Positions 35,391-48,975 of a stretch of 64,000 nucleotides of DNA are shown here, piece after piece; position 1 is the first letter of the stretch; each line of letters opens with the position of its first letter. The stretch covers positions 110,672,001 through 110,736,000 of the forward strand of contig NC_086108.1 of the NCBI RefSeq assembly GCF_963921235.1, written 5' to 3'. This stretch comes from Mobula hypostoma. Lineage: Eukaryota. The position numbers and the translations under genes were made by a program. The notes under the pieces are model-generated. The model had not been told where the DNA came from and made no database searches. It saw only the letters and a list, made by a program, of their open reading frames with translations.

Positions 35391-37644
35391 GGTGGTCAGG
35401 GGTCCAGGGGATCTGGGTCATTCGGGTTGTGGATCAAACGGTCATTACGGTAGGGATTCAGGATAAGGGGACTAACGGGGTCAAAGGGGTCGGGTCAGGG
35501 GTCATTAGGGTTCATTGGTCAAAGGGATAATGGTCATTAGGATCAGAGGTCATGGACCAACATAATGGAGCAAAGTGGTCAAAGGGATCAGGGGTTCAGT
35601 GACATCAAGGCCCTGGCCCAGGGACGTGTCAGGGGTCAAAGTGATCTGGGGTTGGGGATCAATGAGGTCGTGCCTAAGGTGACAAATGGCATAGGTTGGT
35701 AGAGCTTTGATGAATCAGAGTCAGGTTTATTATCACCGACATGTGACGTGAAATTTGTTAACTTAGCAGCATCTCTCAACAAGGCAACATCCATCATTAA
35801 GGACTCCCGTCATCCAGAATATACCCTCTTTTCATTGTTACCATCAAGAAGGAATCTGAAAACACACTCAACGATTCAGGAACAGCTTCTTCCCCTTCCG
35901 CCATCAGACTTCTGAATGGACAATGAACCCATGAGCACTACCTCATTTTTCCCCCCCTCTTTTTGCATTACAATCTTTTTCACATTGGTTGTTGTTCATT
36001 CTTTTATTTGGGAATAGATCTTTTTGTAAATTCTATTGTATTTCTTTTTTTCTTGTGAATGCCTGCAAGAAAATGCTTGGGGTAGTATATGGTAACGTGT
36101 GGACTTAGATAATAAATTTACTTTGAACTTTGAGTGGGGCTTGGGGGCGCTGGATGATGTATGCCCTGGACCCGGAGGAGAATTCCCTGTAGATGCGGCA
36201 GAGTCAGACGGTGAGCCGCCGATGGATGGGGCAGGAAAAAAAGATTCTTGAGGGTGAAGAACAGGGGAGGTGAGGGGATGCCAGTGGGTGTGAAGGTAAG
36301 GCAGGGACCATCTGCAGGAGGAAGTGATGGGGAGATGGATTGCATGCGCATTGGTGGGTAGAGAGACAGCTGCCTCTGTGTGACGTGAAAGACAGTTCAA
36401 CGTTCAAAATAATTTTATTATCAAAGTACATATATATTATCATCTGCTGCCTTGAGGTTCGTTTTCTTGCAGGAATAGTATTTACAAAAACTACACATAG
36501 GCAAAGTCTGACAAACAACCAATGTGCAAAAGAAGACAAACTGTGCAAATTGGGAAACAATACTGAGAATGTGAATTGTAAAGAGTCATTGAAAGTGCGT
36601 CTGTAGGCCATAGAATCATAACCAAGTTGCTGGAACGGACCTGGGGGCAATACAATGCGGCAGAGCCGAAGCGAGGAAAGCTCCAAGGTTTGATCGATTT
36701 GAGAGCCGAGCCAGATTGGAACAGGGTCAGGTACTGGCCCTGTCGGGGCAACAGAGCCCGAGGGTGAGGAATGGCCCGAGGTTTGCATGATTTAAGCGCC
36801 AGACCAGATTGAAATGGTCGGGGTATCGTGGTCAGAGATAAGAGATGGGCCGGTTTGGCTCACTGCTTGTGGGGTTTGCATGACTCTCTGCTGGACCAAG
36901 GCCTTCTTAATCAGTTTATGTGGACTTCTGAATTGGTTGCACTGATGCCTGGCATTGTGAACTTCAATTCTGAATGTTATTTGTTTTTTTTTATTGATTT
37001 GTTATTTTCAATGGTTCCATTTAAAACATCTACAATATACAACCCAAAATTCTTACTCTCTGCAGCCATCCTTGAAACAGAAGGAAAAATCTAAAGGATG
37101 AATGACAGAAAAACAATGTTCACTCCAATATTTCAACATCTCTCTGTCTCTCTTTCTCACGCATACATGAGACAGATATCACTCCTTCCACAGTGACACA
37201 GCAGACAAACAAGTTTCGATGTGACAGTCAATCTAAAGCTTCACTTTTTATTTCAGTTCCCCAACTTGAGAGTCGGCTTCAAACTCTCATTCAGCAGTGT
37301 GAGAGAGAGAAAGCAATCGCTCATCAAGTGCAGAGGCCTCTGACAGCCACTCTCGCTGTCTTTGATGTTCCTGCTCCCGGTACGCTTCAGTTTGCGACAG
37401 CAGCAAGAACTTGTGATCACATGGCCGTGCAAGACTGCACCCCAGAGGCACCCCGGACTTAAGGCCAAACCTGAACATAACAAAAATGTGTCGGATAGGT
37501 GAGCTTAAGAGCGGGAACGCTGCCATGCAGAACTACTGTTTGAGTGTTGCTGTGGATCAAAGACCCGACAGGACCCCAGTCACTTTGAAAAGGAAAATAG
37601 GGACTTTGGAAGAGGAAGAAGTGAACTGTTTCGCTGATGCGCTG

Positions 37645-40037
37645 GGAGATGTTGCCAAATATTGATTGGCATCTCCCTAGAGTGAGGGATTTAGGTAGGG
37701 TGAAGTTTGTTAGGTGTGTTCAGGAAGGTTTCTTGATACAAGAGGAGAGGCTGCACTTGATCTGGTATTGGGAAATGAACCTGGTCAGGTGTCAGGTCTC
37801 TCAGTGGGAGAGCATTTTGCAGGTAGTGATCACAATTCTATCTCCTTTACCTTAGCATCGGAGAGGGATAGGAATAGACAAGTTAGGGAAACGGTTAATT
37901 GGAGTAAGGGAAACTGAGGCTATTAGGCAGGAACTTGGAAGCATAAATTGGAACCAGATGTTCTCAGGCAAATGTTCAGGGGATATTTGCGTGGGGTTCT
38001 GAGTAGGTACGTTCCAATGAGACATGGAAAGGATGGTTGGGTACAGGAACCGCGGTGTACACAGGCTGTTGTAAATCCAGTCAAGAAGAAAAGAAGAGCT
38101 TACAAAAGGTTAAAAAAAAACTAGGTAATGATATGAATCTGGAAGATTATAAGGCTAGCAGGAAGGAGCATAAGAATGAAATTAAGAGAGCCAGAAGGGG
38201 CCATGAGAAGGTCTTGGTGGACAGGATTAAGGAAAACCCCAAGCATTCTACAAGTATGCGAAGAGCAAGAAGATAAGACGTGAAACAATAGGACCTATCA
38301 AGTGTGATAGTGGGAAAGTGTGTATGGAACCGGAGGAAATAGTGGAGGTACTTAATGAATACTTTGCTTCAGTATTCACTAAGGAAAAGGATCTTGACGA
38401 TTGTAGGGATGACTTGCAGTGGACTGAAAAGCTTGAGAATGTAGATATTAAGAAAGAGGAGATGCTGAAGCTTTTTGAAAGCGTCAAGTTGGAAAGTCGC
38501 CGGGACCGGATGGGATGTACCCCAGTATATTGTGGGAAACGAGGAAGGAGATTGCTGAGCCTCTGGCAATGATCTTTGCATCATCGATGAGGACAGGAGA
38601 GGTTCTGGAGGATTAGAGGGTTGCAGATATTTTTCCCTTATTCAAGAAAGGGAGTAGGGATAGCCCAGAAATTATAGACCAGTGAGTCTTACTTCAATGG
38701 TTGGTAAGTTGACGGAGAAGATCCTGAGAGGCAGGATTTATTAACATCTGGAGAGGCATAATATGATTAGGAATAGTCAGCATCGCTTTGTCAAAGGCAG
38801 GTTGTGCCTTCCAAGCCTGATTGAATTTTTTGAGAATGTGACTAAGCACATTGATGAAGGTAGAGCCGTAGGTGTAGTGCATATGGGTTTCTGCAAGGCA
38901 TTTGATAAGGTACCCCATGCAAGGCTTATTGAGAAAGTAAGGAGGCATGGGATCCAAGGGGACATTGCTTTGTAGATCCAGAACTGGCTTGCCCACAGAA
39001 CGCAAAGTGTGGTTGTAGATGGTCATATTTTGCATGGAGGCTGGTGACCAGTGGTGTGCCTCAGGGATCTGTTCTGGGACTCCTACTCCTTCTGATTTTT
39101 ATAAATGACCTGAATGAGGAAGTGGAGGAATGGGTTAGTAAATTTGCTGATGACAAGGGGTGTTGTGGATAGTGTAGAGGGCTGTCAGAGGTTACAACGG
39201 GACATTGATAGGATGCAAAACTGGGCTGAGAAGTGGCAGATGGAGTTCAACCCAGATAAGTGTGAGGTGGTTCATTTTGGTAGGTCAAATATGATGGTAG
39301 AATATAGCATTAATGGTAAGACTCCTGGCAGTGTGAAGGATCAGAGGGATCTTGGGGTCCGAGTCCATAGGACACTCAAAGCTGCTATGCAGTGACTCTG
39401 TGGTTAAGAAAGCATACACTGCATTGGCCTTCATCAATTGTGGGATTGAGTTTAAGAGCCAAGAGGTAATGTTGCAGCTATCTTGGACCCTGGTCAGACC
39501 CCACTTGGAGTACTGTGCTTAATTCTGGTTGCCTCACTACAGGAAGGATGTGGAAACCATAGAAAGGGTGCAGAGGAGATTTACAAGGATGTTGCCTGGT
39601 TTGGAGAGCATGCCTTATGAGAATAGGTTGCGTGAACTCGGCCTTTTCTCCTTGGAGCGTCAGAGGATGAGAGGTGACGATACAGGTGTACAAGATAATG
39701 AGAGGCATTGATCGTGTGGATAGTCAGAGGCTTTTCCCCAGGGCTGAAATGGCTAGTACGAGAGGGCATAGTTTTAAGGTGCCTGGAAGTAGCTACAGAG
39801 GAGACGTCAGGGGTAAGTTTGTTTTTTTTTTACGCAGAGAGTGGTCAGTGCGTGGAATGGGCTGCCGGCGACGGTGGTGGAGGCGGAAACGACTTCTGGA
39901 TAGGTACGTGGAGCTTAGAAAATAGAGGGCTATGGGTAAAGCCTAGGTTGTTCTAAGGTAGGGACATGTTCGGCACAGCTTTGTGGGAAGAAGGGCCTGT
40001 ATTGTGCTGTATGTTTTTTTTTTGTTTCTATATTTCT
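37645..40037 (+). mobile_element. Degenerate CR1 LINE ORF2 (end of endonuclease through RT to 3' tail), RPF1 intron 1
   Basis: Fragmented frames: [59 protein letters not shown]. Confidence 0.9.
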
Positions 40038-42679
40038 AAGATCACTATAAATTACAATAAGTAGATGTAAGCAAAAACACCTAGTGGAATAAAGAGCAAA
40101 ATAGTGAGGTAGTGTTCACGATTTCACTGTCTGTTCAGAAATCTGATGGCCAAGGGGAGAAGCTGCTCCTAAAAGTGCTGAGTTGTTTGTCTTCAGACCT
40201 ATACCTTCTCCCTGATGATTGGAACGAGAAGAGGGCCTGTCCCGAGTGATCAATGCCATCGCCATTTGAAGATGTCCTTGGTGCTGGGGAGTCTAGTGCC
40301 CATGATGGTGCTGGCTGAGTTTGCAACTTTCTGCAGCTTTTTCCGATCCTAGTCAGTGGCCCCTCCATACCAGACGGTGATGCAACCCGTCAGAATGTTC
40401 TCCACGGTACGCTTGTAAAAATGTACTAGTCTTTGGTGACATACCAAATCTCCTTGGACTCGTAATGGAAAAAACCACTGTCATGCCTTCCACGTAGGGA
40501 GGACAGTGGCAAATCGTCAAAGTTGGGTTTATTGTCAGTGAACAGATGCTCAAGCAACAGGATTGTAAATTTGTTAGTTGCGTTGGTGTACTGATAACCG
40601 AAGATGCGTTTGAATAATGCATTCAGAATTTTTCATTGATACCTCTCCTGTTTTTTTTTATTGTACTGCTGAACCCTGCCATCTGCTTGCCATTTCCTTC
40701 CCTGGATTCTCGTGTTGTTTCTAATGAATTAGCAAGGAAGCTGTTTGGATAAAATTGCAATTAAGCAGCAAGACCCTTTTTTTTTTAATCTTTTGGTGGC
40801 AGCTGTTGTTTTTGACATGATTCTTGAAACCCGAGACGAATGGAGGTTGGCCTTTTGGTCACCAGGTTCAGTTCAGTGTGTGTCAGGGCTCACCTCAGTC
40901 ATGGGAGGTGGCTTTAGGACAATCTTCCAACTATCAGTACCACCCTTACCTTGACTTAGAACAATTGCATCCTGAACATGCCTGTTGGAAACCACTGCTT
41001 TTTAAAATCCTTTCTATAAGATATTAGATGAATTGATGTAATCTGTAATTTTTGAAAAAACTTGTATATTTTTCACAGTAAGTAGTGGTTTGTCTGCATT
41101 TACTAGCAGAAAGTGGTATAGCATCTTCATAATGGTTTATTACCATTCACATTTTTCATTGGCTAAGTGTTCACACATTACCTATGAGATATAATTCTGC
41201 ACCCATCATTTCCCTTATTTCCAATGAATTTTCTGTAATCTCGAGTATAAAGGTGTTGGATTTTTCAGAGGCACCATCTTTCTTTTTGCCTTCTCCATCT
41301 TTACATTTCATTGAATCTCTACTTTGTTACTCGGCTCTTCACTTAGTTTGTTTAGTAAACTTTGAAATAAACAATCATTAATAAAACTACTCAGCCATTC
41401 CCCAGAAAATCCCTGAGGATCAGAAAATTTGCAGAGATCCAACATGGCTAATGGAGTGGGGTACAGGAGTCTTGGGTCTAATGCTGCCAGCTTCAAGAGC
41501 AGTTGGTGCCCTGCAGCCATTGGGCTCCTGGAAGGCTTCATTCACTTCAGCGCTGAGCAGTGGACTCACGATCGGGGACTCTGCTGTTCACTCACCTCAG
41601 CGCTGAACAGTTGCGGGCTCACATTCGGGGAGTCTGCCGTTCACTTCACTCACCTCTGTGTTGAACTGGCTCCATAGCTGTGGACTCAAGTTGGGATTCT
41701 GCCAGTCATGTTCCGTGTGTTTTGTTGACTTTTTTTCCTATTATTTGCGCAGTTGGAAACCGTGTTCACATCACTAGTTCATGTGGTTTACCTGCTTCAT
41801 CACTGAACTGGGTGTTTGACAATCTTTGTTGTGTGGTTTTTTTTAATGGGTTCTTTTGTGTTTCTTTCTTTTGTGGCTGCTTGCAAGCTGAATCTCAACG
41901 TTGTATACAGTATGCATATGGTCTTATGCATATCTTCTTGAAATGGAGAGGATCTTTCTGTGAGGTGGTTGGTGTGGGTGGAGGGGAGGAAGGAAGAGTG
42001 TTTATAAGATTAAGTTAGTTATACGTAGGGTAGTCAGAATCTCTTCTCAGGGTAGAAATGTCAAGTACCAGAGGACATGCATTTAAGGTGAGGGGTAAAG
42101 TTCAAGGGAACTGTGTGGGGCAGGTTGTATTGTACACAAGTTGAAAGGTTGCTGTTTTAGTGGTGGAAGCAGATACGGGGGGGTGGGTGGGGTGGGGTAT
42201 GGATCATGTACAGGCAGAAGATTGTCTGTTGAATCCGATGAATGCAGCAAGCCAGTGCGGGAGTGTTTTTGTGGAAAAGCCATTCTACTCTCTTGATCTC
42301 GGAAGTCCTTGTCTAGTGGTACAAGTAGATATGGACGACCATGACTTTTTCTGTGCCATGTCATGCCCTTCACTCTCCATGGAGCATTGCAGAGCAGTCT
42401 TCCTCGCTGTTGGATCTCATGTGCCCAGTCCACCAGAACTGAATTCCCATGCTAGCACAGGTATTCCCTTACCTCACTGAGGTTTGAGGCCCATCGGCTA
42501 CCCTCGTCAAGATTAGCCCGACTGTTGAAGTGGTGTATTGGGGTCTGGCCGCTGTCTCATGTAAACAGCTACTTGGAACCACGGGTGAGAGCTGACTGTC
42601 CAGTGGGAACCAAAGGTGAGTGAGCTGTCCCAGAAAGGACACGACAAGCCCCTTCACCAGAGGTGCTACCTGTCCCTGG

Positions 42680-43447
42680 ACAGGCATTTGAGAAATGGCA
42701 GATGGAATTTAATGCAGATAAATATGAGGTGTTACACTCGGTAGGACTGACCAGGGTAGGTCTTACACAGGAGGGCACTGAGGAGTGCGGTAGAACAAAA
42801 AAGTCTGGTAATACAGGCTCATCATTCATTGAAAGTGGTAGATAGGGTGGTGAAGAAATCTTCTGGCATATTGGCCTTCATAAATCAAAGTATTGTGTAC
42901 AGGAGATGGGATGTTACGTTAAAGTTGTATAAGACGTTGGTGAGGCCTAATTTGGAGTATTGTGTGCGGTTTTGGTCACCTAACTACAGGAAAGATGTAA
43001 ATAAGGTTGGAAGAGTTCAGAGAAGATTTACAATGACATGCCGGGTCTGGAGGACCTGAGTTACAGGGAAAGATTGAATAGGTTAGGACTGTACTGCTCA
43101 GAACATCAAAGATCGAAAGGAGATGTGAAAGAGGTATACAAAATTATGAGGGTACAGGGTAAATACAAGCAGGCTTTTTCTACTGAAGTTGGGTGGGACT
43201 ACAATCAGTGGTCATGGATTAAGGGTGAAAGGTGAAAAGTTTAAGGTGAGCATGACGGGAAACTTCTTCACTCACTGGGTAGTGAGAGTGTGGAATGAGC
43301 TGCCAGCACAAGTAATGCATGCGAGCTTGATTTCAACATTTTAAGAGAAATGTGGACAGGTAGGGGTATGTAGTCAGATGGGACCGGACAGAGTAAATGG
43401 TTCAGTATGGGCAAGGATGGGCCGAAGGGCTTGTTTCTGTGCTGTAC
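42680..43447 (+). mobile_element. CR1 LINE 3' fragment
   Basis: ORF 42829-43059 (LYKTLVRPNLEYCVRFWSP). Confidence 0.85.
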
Positions 43448-44511
43448 CGATCAGTGTTTGTGAGGGTGAGCACAATATTTTCTTCATAAACCTACATTTT
43501 GGAGTGAGAGAGAAAGTTTGCTGTCACTTCAAGCATTTATTTTAGTTATTTTTGGTCGCAGGTTCTGGTCTTTTTCAAAACATATTAATAAAACAACTGG
43601 GAATCTTTCCTGTCTCGTGTACTGGAACAGATTCAAGGTAACTATGAGAAGTAGAAGGTTTTCCTGAGCATCCGGATCATAGGAAGTTTAATGTGACATA
43701 TTTAGATAAACAAAGTCATTTTTTGGCATTTGGACCATTGGGATCCTTTTGGGGGTGGGTTGCATCTGAAAGTAGGGGGTCATATATCCATAGACTTTGA
43801 AGCACCATAAAACCATTCAGCCCATCTGGTCTGCTCTACCATTCCATCATGACTGATATATTTTCCCTCTAAACCCCATTCTTCTGCCTTCTCCTTGTAA
43901 CCTTTCATGCCCTTACTAATCAAGGACCTATTAGCCTTTGCTTTAAATATACCCAGTGCCATGGCCTCCATATCTATCTATGGCAACGAAATCCACAGAT
44001 TCACCATCTTCTGAATAAAGAAATTCATCCTCATCTCTGTTCCAAAGGGGCATTGGATGACCAAATTTATAGAGTCATAGAAAAGTACTACACTGAAACA
44101 TACCCTTTGGCCCAGTTCATGCCAAAATCATTTAAACTGTCTACTCCCATTGACTGCACCGGGATCATAGCTCTCCATATCCCTACTATCCAAATTTCTC
44201 TTAAATGTTGAAATCAAGTTTGCATGGACCACTTGCACTGGCAGCTCATTTTACCTCTGAGTGAAGAAGTTTTTCCTCATGTTCCCCTTAAAACTTTTAA
44301 CCTTTCACCCTTAATTCATGACGTCCAGTTGTAGCCCAAACAACCTCAGTGGAAAAAGCCGACTTCCATTTACCCTATCTATACCCCTCATAATTCTGTA
44401 TACCTCTATCAAATCTCCTCTCAATCTTCTACATTCTAAAGAATACAGCCCTAACCTATTCAATCTTTCCTTATAACTCAGGTCTTCCAGGCCCAGCAAT
44501 ATCCTTGTGAA

Positions 44512-45090
44512 CGCAATTCCCACTCTGATATGTCTATCCACGGCCTCCTCTACTGTAAAGATGAAGTCACACTCAGGTTGGAGGAACAACACCTTATATT
44601 CCGTCTGGGTAGCCTCCAACCTGATGGCATGAACATTGACTTCTCTAACTCCTGTTAATGCCCCTCCTCCCCTTCTGACCCCATCCCTTATTTATTTAAT
44701 TATTTATTTTTTCCCCCTTTTTTTCTTTCTCTCTTTTTTCTCTCTCTGTCCTTCTCACAATAACTCCTTGCCTGCTTTCCATCTTCCTCTGATGCTCCCC
44801 TCCCCCTTTCTTTCTCCCTAGGCCTCCCGTCCCATGATCCTCTCCCTTCTCCAGCCTTGTATCCCTTTTGCCAATCACCTGTCCAGCTCTTAGCTCCATC
44901 CCTCCCCGTCCTATCTTCTCCTATCATTTCGGATCTCCCCCTCCCCCTCCAACTTTCAAATCTCTTACTAGCTCTTCCTTCAGTTAGTCCTGACGAAGGG
45001 TCTCGGCCCGAAACGTCGACTGTACCTCTTCCTATAGATGCTGCCAGGCCTGCTGCGTTCCACCAACATTCTGTGTGTGTTGCTTGAATT
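44512..45090 (+). mobile_element. Young Penelope-like element 3' end (GIY-YIG C-terminus plus 3' UTR) with 10-bp TSD
   Basis: Translates SHSDMSIHGLLYCKDEVTLRLEEQHLIFRLGSLQPDGMNIDFS; TSD tccttgtgaa at 44502-44511 and 45091-45100. Confidence 0.85.
44986..45021 (+). ncRNA. Minimal type I hammerhead ribozyme motif
   Basis: agtc-CTGACGA-a-gggt ctcg gccc-GAAA-CG-TC-gact: stem I agtc/gact, intact core boxes, stem II, loopless palindromic stem III (ACGT) and a GUC cleavage triplet ending at 45017. Confidence 0.75.
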
Positions 45091-47214
45091 TCCTTGTGAA
45101 TTTTCTCTGCACTCGTTCAACCTTATTTACACTTGTCGTGTAGGTAGGTGACCAAAACTGCACACAATACTCCAAATTAGGCCTCACCAATGTCTTACAC
45201 AACTTCAACATAACATCCCATTTTCTGTACACAATACTTTGATTTATGAAGGCCAATGGTCCAAAAGCTTTCATTACGACCCTTTTTACCTATGATACCT
45301 TTCAATGAATTATGGTCCTGTATTCCCAGGTCTCCTTGTTCTTCCACAGTTCTCAGTGCCCAACCATTCACTTTGTAATACCTACCCTGGCTGGTCCTAC
45401 CGATGTGCAAAACCTCATACTTGTTTGTGTTAAATTCCCTCTGCCATTTTTCCAGCTGATACAGATCCCTCTGCAAGCCATGATAGCCTTCCTCACTGAT
45501 CACTGTACCCACAATCTTGGTGTCATTTGCAAATTTGCTGTTAACCACATTATCATCCAGATCATAGTTACAGATGACAAACAACAAGGAACTCAGCACC
45601 GATCCCTGAGGCACTGCACTAGTTACAAAACTCCAGTCAGAGAGGCAACCTGTGCCACCAGTCACTGGCTTCTCCCACAAAGCCAATGTCTAATCCAATT
45701 TACTACCTTATCCTGAATGCCGAGCGACTGAAACTTCTTGACCAGCCTTCCGTGCGGGACCTTGTCAAATGTCTTACTAAAGTCCATATAGACAACATCC
45801 ATTGCCTGACCTTTATCTACTTTCCTGGTAACTTCCTCGAAAAACTATATAAGATTGGTTAGACGTGACCTACCATGCTGACTATCCTTAATCAGTCTAT
45901 GTCTAGCCAAATTCTTGTATTTCCAGTACCTTAGAATACTTTCCAATAACTTTCCCACAACTGATGTCAGACTCACCGGCCTATAGTTTACTGGTTTCTG
46001 TTTCGATCCTTTTTTAAACAGTGGAAAAACATTGGCTATCCTCCAATCCTCTGGTACTTCCCATCACTAAGGATGGTTTAAATATCTCTGCTAGGACCCC
46101 GACAATTTCTGCACTTTGCCAGGCCATGGGGATTTATCCACCCTGACTTGCCTCAGGGTAGCAAATATCTCCTTCTCTGTAATCTGTACAGGTCCATGAA
46201 GTTGATGATGCTTTGCCTTACTTCTGTAGACTCTGTGTCCATCTCCTGAGTAAATAATTCATTTAAGATCTCCCCTATCTGTTTTGACTCCACACACGGA
46301 TTACCATTCTGCTCTTCCAGAGGACCAACTTTGTCCCTTATAATCCTTTTCATCTTAACATATTTATAGAATTCATGAGGATTCTCCTTCTTATTTGCTG
46401 GAGCAACTTCATGACTTCACCCCCTCATTATCCAAAGTGATATATCTGTTGAGGGGGATGGCCACAGGGGTACTCTGCACTGGCTCCCTAAACCCTTTCC
46501 CCTACCTGGCTGTCAACCAGTTTCCTGTGTCCTGCACCTTGGGTGCTACCACCTCTCTATATGTCCTAACTATCACCTCTTCAGCCTCCTGAATGATCCA
46601 GTTCCAGCTCCAGCTCCTTAATGCAAATTGTTAGAAGCTGCAGCTGGATGCACCTTGCAGTTGTAGTCATCAAGGACACTGGAGGTCTCCCTGCCTTCGA
46701 ACATCCTGCAAGAGGAGCAATCATCTGTCCTAGCTGTGTAGGTGTAAAGAAGGGAAAGGAAGGAAAATAAAACTTTAACTGGAAACATCTCCACGTCCTC
46801 TCTATATAGGAAAAATAACAGGAAAGCCCATTATTTAGCAGGACATACCTGATTAGATTTTTCAGTCGTAAACAAGCAATCTGCAGATGCCGGAAATCCT
46901 GAACAACACACAGAAAATGGTGGTGGAATTCAGCAGGTGAAGCTGAGTTAAGGGGAATAAACTGTTGCTGATTCGGGCCAAGACCCTTCATCTGGTTAGT
47001 GTTGTCCCAAGGCAGTGGGAAGTGTAGATGGGGTCAGTGAAGAGGAGGCTGGTTTCCATGACGGTCTGGGCGGCCTTTGCAACTTTCTGAGATATCTTGC
47101 TGTCTCAGGCAGAGCAGTTATTATACTGAACTGTGATGCATCTGGATAGGATGCTTTGTTAGGAGCATCGAGAAAAATTGGTGAGGGTTATCAGGACATG
47201 CTGAATTTCCCTGT

Positions 47215-47570
47215 ACGCCATCTGGATAGCCTCTAACCTGTTGACAGGAATGTTGATTTCCCCAGCTTCCAGTAATTACTTCCCCTCCCCTCTTCTCTAT
47301 TTCTCCATTCCCCATTCTGGTTCCCTTCCTCCTTTCTGTTATGGTCCACTCTCCTCCAATCAGACTCCTCCCTCTTCAGCCCTTTATATTTTCCACCTAT
47401 CCCCTCCCCCACTCACCTGGTCTCACCTCCCTCCACCTTCTTATTCTATCTTCTTCCTTGTTCCTTTCCAGACCTAATGAAGGGCCTCCTGAAACATCAA
47501 CAGTTTATTCCTCTTCACAGATGGAGTCTCTCCTGCTGAGTTCATCTAGCATTTTATGTATGTTGCTGAG
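47215..47570 (+). mobile_element. Older Penelope-like 3' end with a decayed hammerhead motif (about 47470-47503)
   Basis: tctggatagcctctaacctg matches the 44512 element; cagacctaatgaagggcctcctgaaacatcaac is the decayed core. Confidence 0.65.
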
Positions 47571-48071
47571 AGAGTGACACCACAATGGTACCTTATTCCC
47601 AGATGTGACAAATGCTGGTGGATGTGAAATATATTGAATCCTGGACAACCTCTGCCATCCACCGACCAATTCTGCAGATGCTGGGAAGCTGAAGTAAAAA
47701 CAGAAATTGCAGAGGAAATTCAGCAGATCAGGCTGTGTCTGTGGAGGCGGAAACAGTAAATAGATAGATAGACATACTTTATTGATCCTGAGGGAAATTG
47801 GGTTTCGTTACTGTTGCACCAACCAAGAATAGAGTATAAATATAGCAATATAAAACCATAAGTAATTAAATAATAATATGTAAATTATGCCAGATGGAAA
47901 TAAGTCCAGGACCAGCCTATTGGCTCAGAGAAAGGTTCTGGTTCCTGGGGGTAAGTTACTGAGCTGGAATGTTGACCATTTCTCTCTCTCTACAGCTGCT
48001 GCCTGACCAGCTGAGTATTGGCAGGATTTTCTAGGTTTATTACAGATTTTTAGTACTTAATAGGAGAGTAT

Positions 48072-48285
48072 AAACACAAGAGATTCTGCAGATGCTGGAA
48101 ATCCAGAGCAATGTACCCAAAATACTGGAGGAGATGAAGAAACAGTTGAAGTTTCACGCTGAGACCCTTCATCGGGACTGAGTGGAGTCCTGAAGAAATG
48201 TCTCGGCCTGAAGCGTTGACAGTTTATTCCTCTCCATGGTGCTGCCTGACTTGCTGAGTTCCTCCAGCATGCTGTGTGTGTTGTT
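48072..48285. repeat. Penelope-derived foldback (two inverted arms, 6-bp spacer)
   Basis: ...gagacccttcatcgggact-gagtgg-agtcctgaagaaatgtctcggcctgaagcgttgac... Confidence 0.7.
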
Positions 48286-48299
48286 AATTAAGAAAGATT

Positions 48300-48975
48300 T
48301 TAAAATTAGCCTTATTCGTCATGAGTATCAAGGCATACAGTGAAATATGTTGCTTGGGTCAGGTCAAATCGGAGAGGATGGGATTGTGCGGGAGGAAGCC
48401 CACAGGTGTCACCGTGCTTCCAGCACCAGCATAGCATGCCCACTAACCCAAACCTGTACGTCTTTGTAGTGTGAAAGGAGACTGGAGCACCTGGAGTAAA
48501 CGTGCAGTCATGGTGGGGGGGGGGGGATATACAATCTCCTTACAAATAGTGACGCGTATCAAAACCCAGTCTTACAGCTGGCGCTGTAAAGCTCTGAAAC
48601 TACCCTTCCACCCCCACGCAATCCGAAGATCAAAGCCAGAAGGGGATCAATAATGAGATATTCCTCTCCATTAGGCTTTGAGGACCATCGCTAACCATAA
48701 TTCAGCATTTACTTTGGTAACGGTTCGGTAGCGTAGCAGTTAGAGCAACGCTGTTACAGCTCGGATCGTCGGAGTTCAATTCCAACGTCACCTGTAAGCA
48801 AGTTTGTACGTTTCTTCCCATGGTTTCCTCCCACAGTACAAAGATGTACCGGTTAGGGGGTGAAATGATCAGTGTAAATTGTGCTGCAATTAGGCTGGGG
48901 TTAAACCGGTGGGTTGCTGGGAGGCGTGGCTCGGAGGGCCGGAGGGACCTGTTCTGTGCTGTATCTCTAAATAAA
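48300..48975. mobile_element. Two V-SINE copies (about 48300-48610 minus; 48715-48975 plus)
   Basis: V-domain remnants, a tRNA-like head (ggtagcgtagcagttagag...ggagttcaattcc) and a tctctaaataaaa tail. Confidence 0.65.

Larger units (their letters stand above)
44075..46700 (-). mobile_element. Degenerate CR1 LINE, interrupted by a Penelope fragment at 44512-45090
   Basis: ORFs 45686-45195 (VTSAVPQGSVLS, KFANDTK), 45274-45032 and 44619-44311. Confidence 0.85.

Noticed and set aside
35014..35421. 135-aa minus-strand ORF over the RPF1 promoter, and the upstream GTG start at 35156
   Set aside because: High GC content explains the stop-free frame. The ATG at 35183 has good Kozak context and is the simpler start.
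40500..41420. Apparently unique intronic stretches (also 48980-49480 and 59715-60490) examined for snoRNA or hidden exons
   Set aside because: I saw no convincing C/D or H/ACA box arrangement or spliceable coding frame. A conservation search would be needed to say more.
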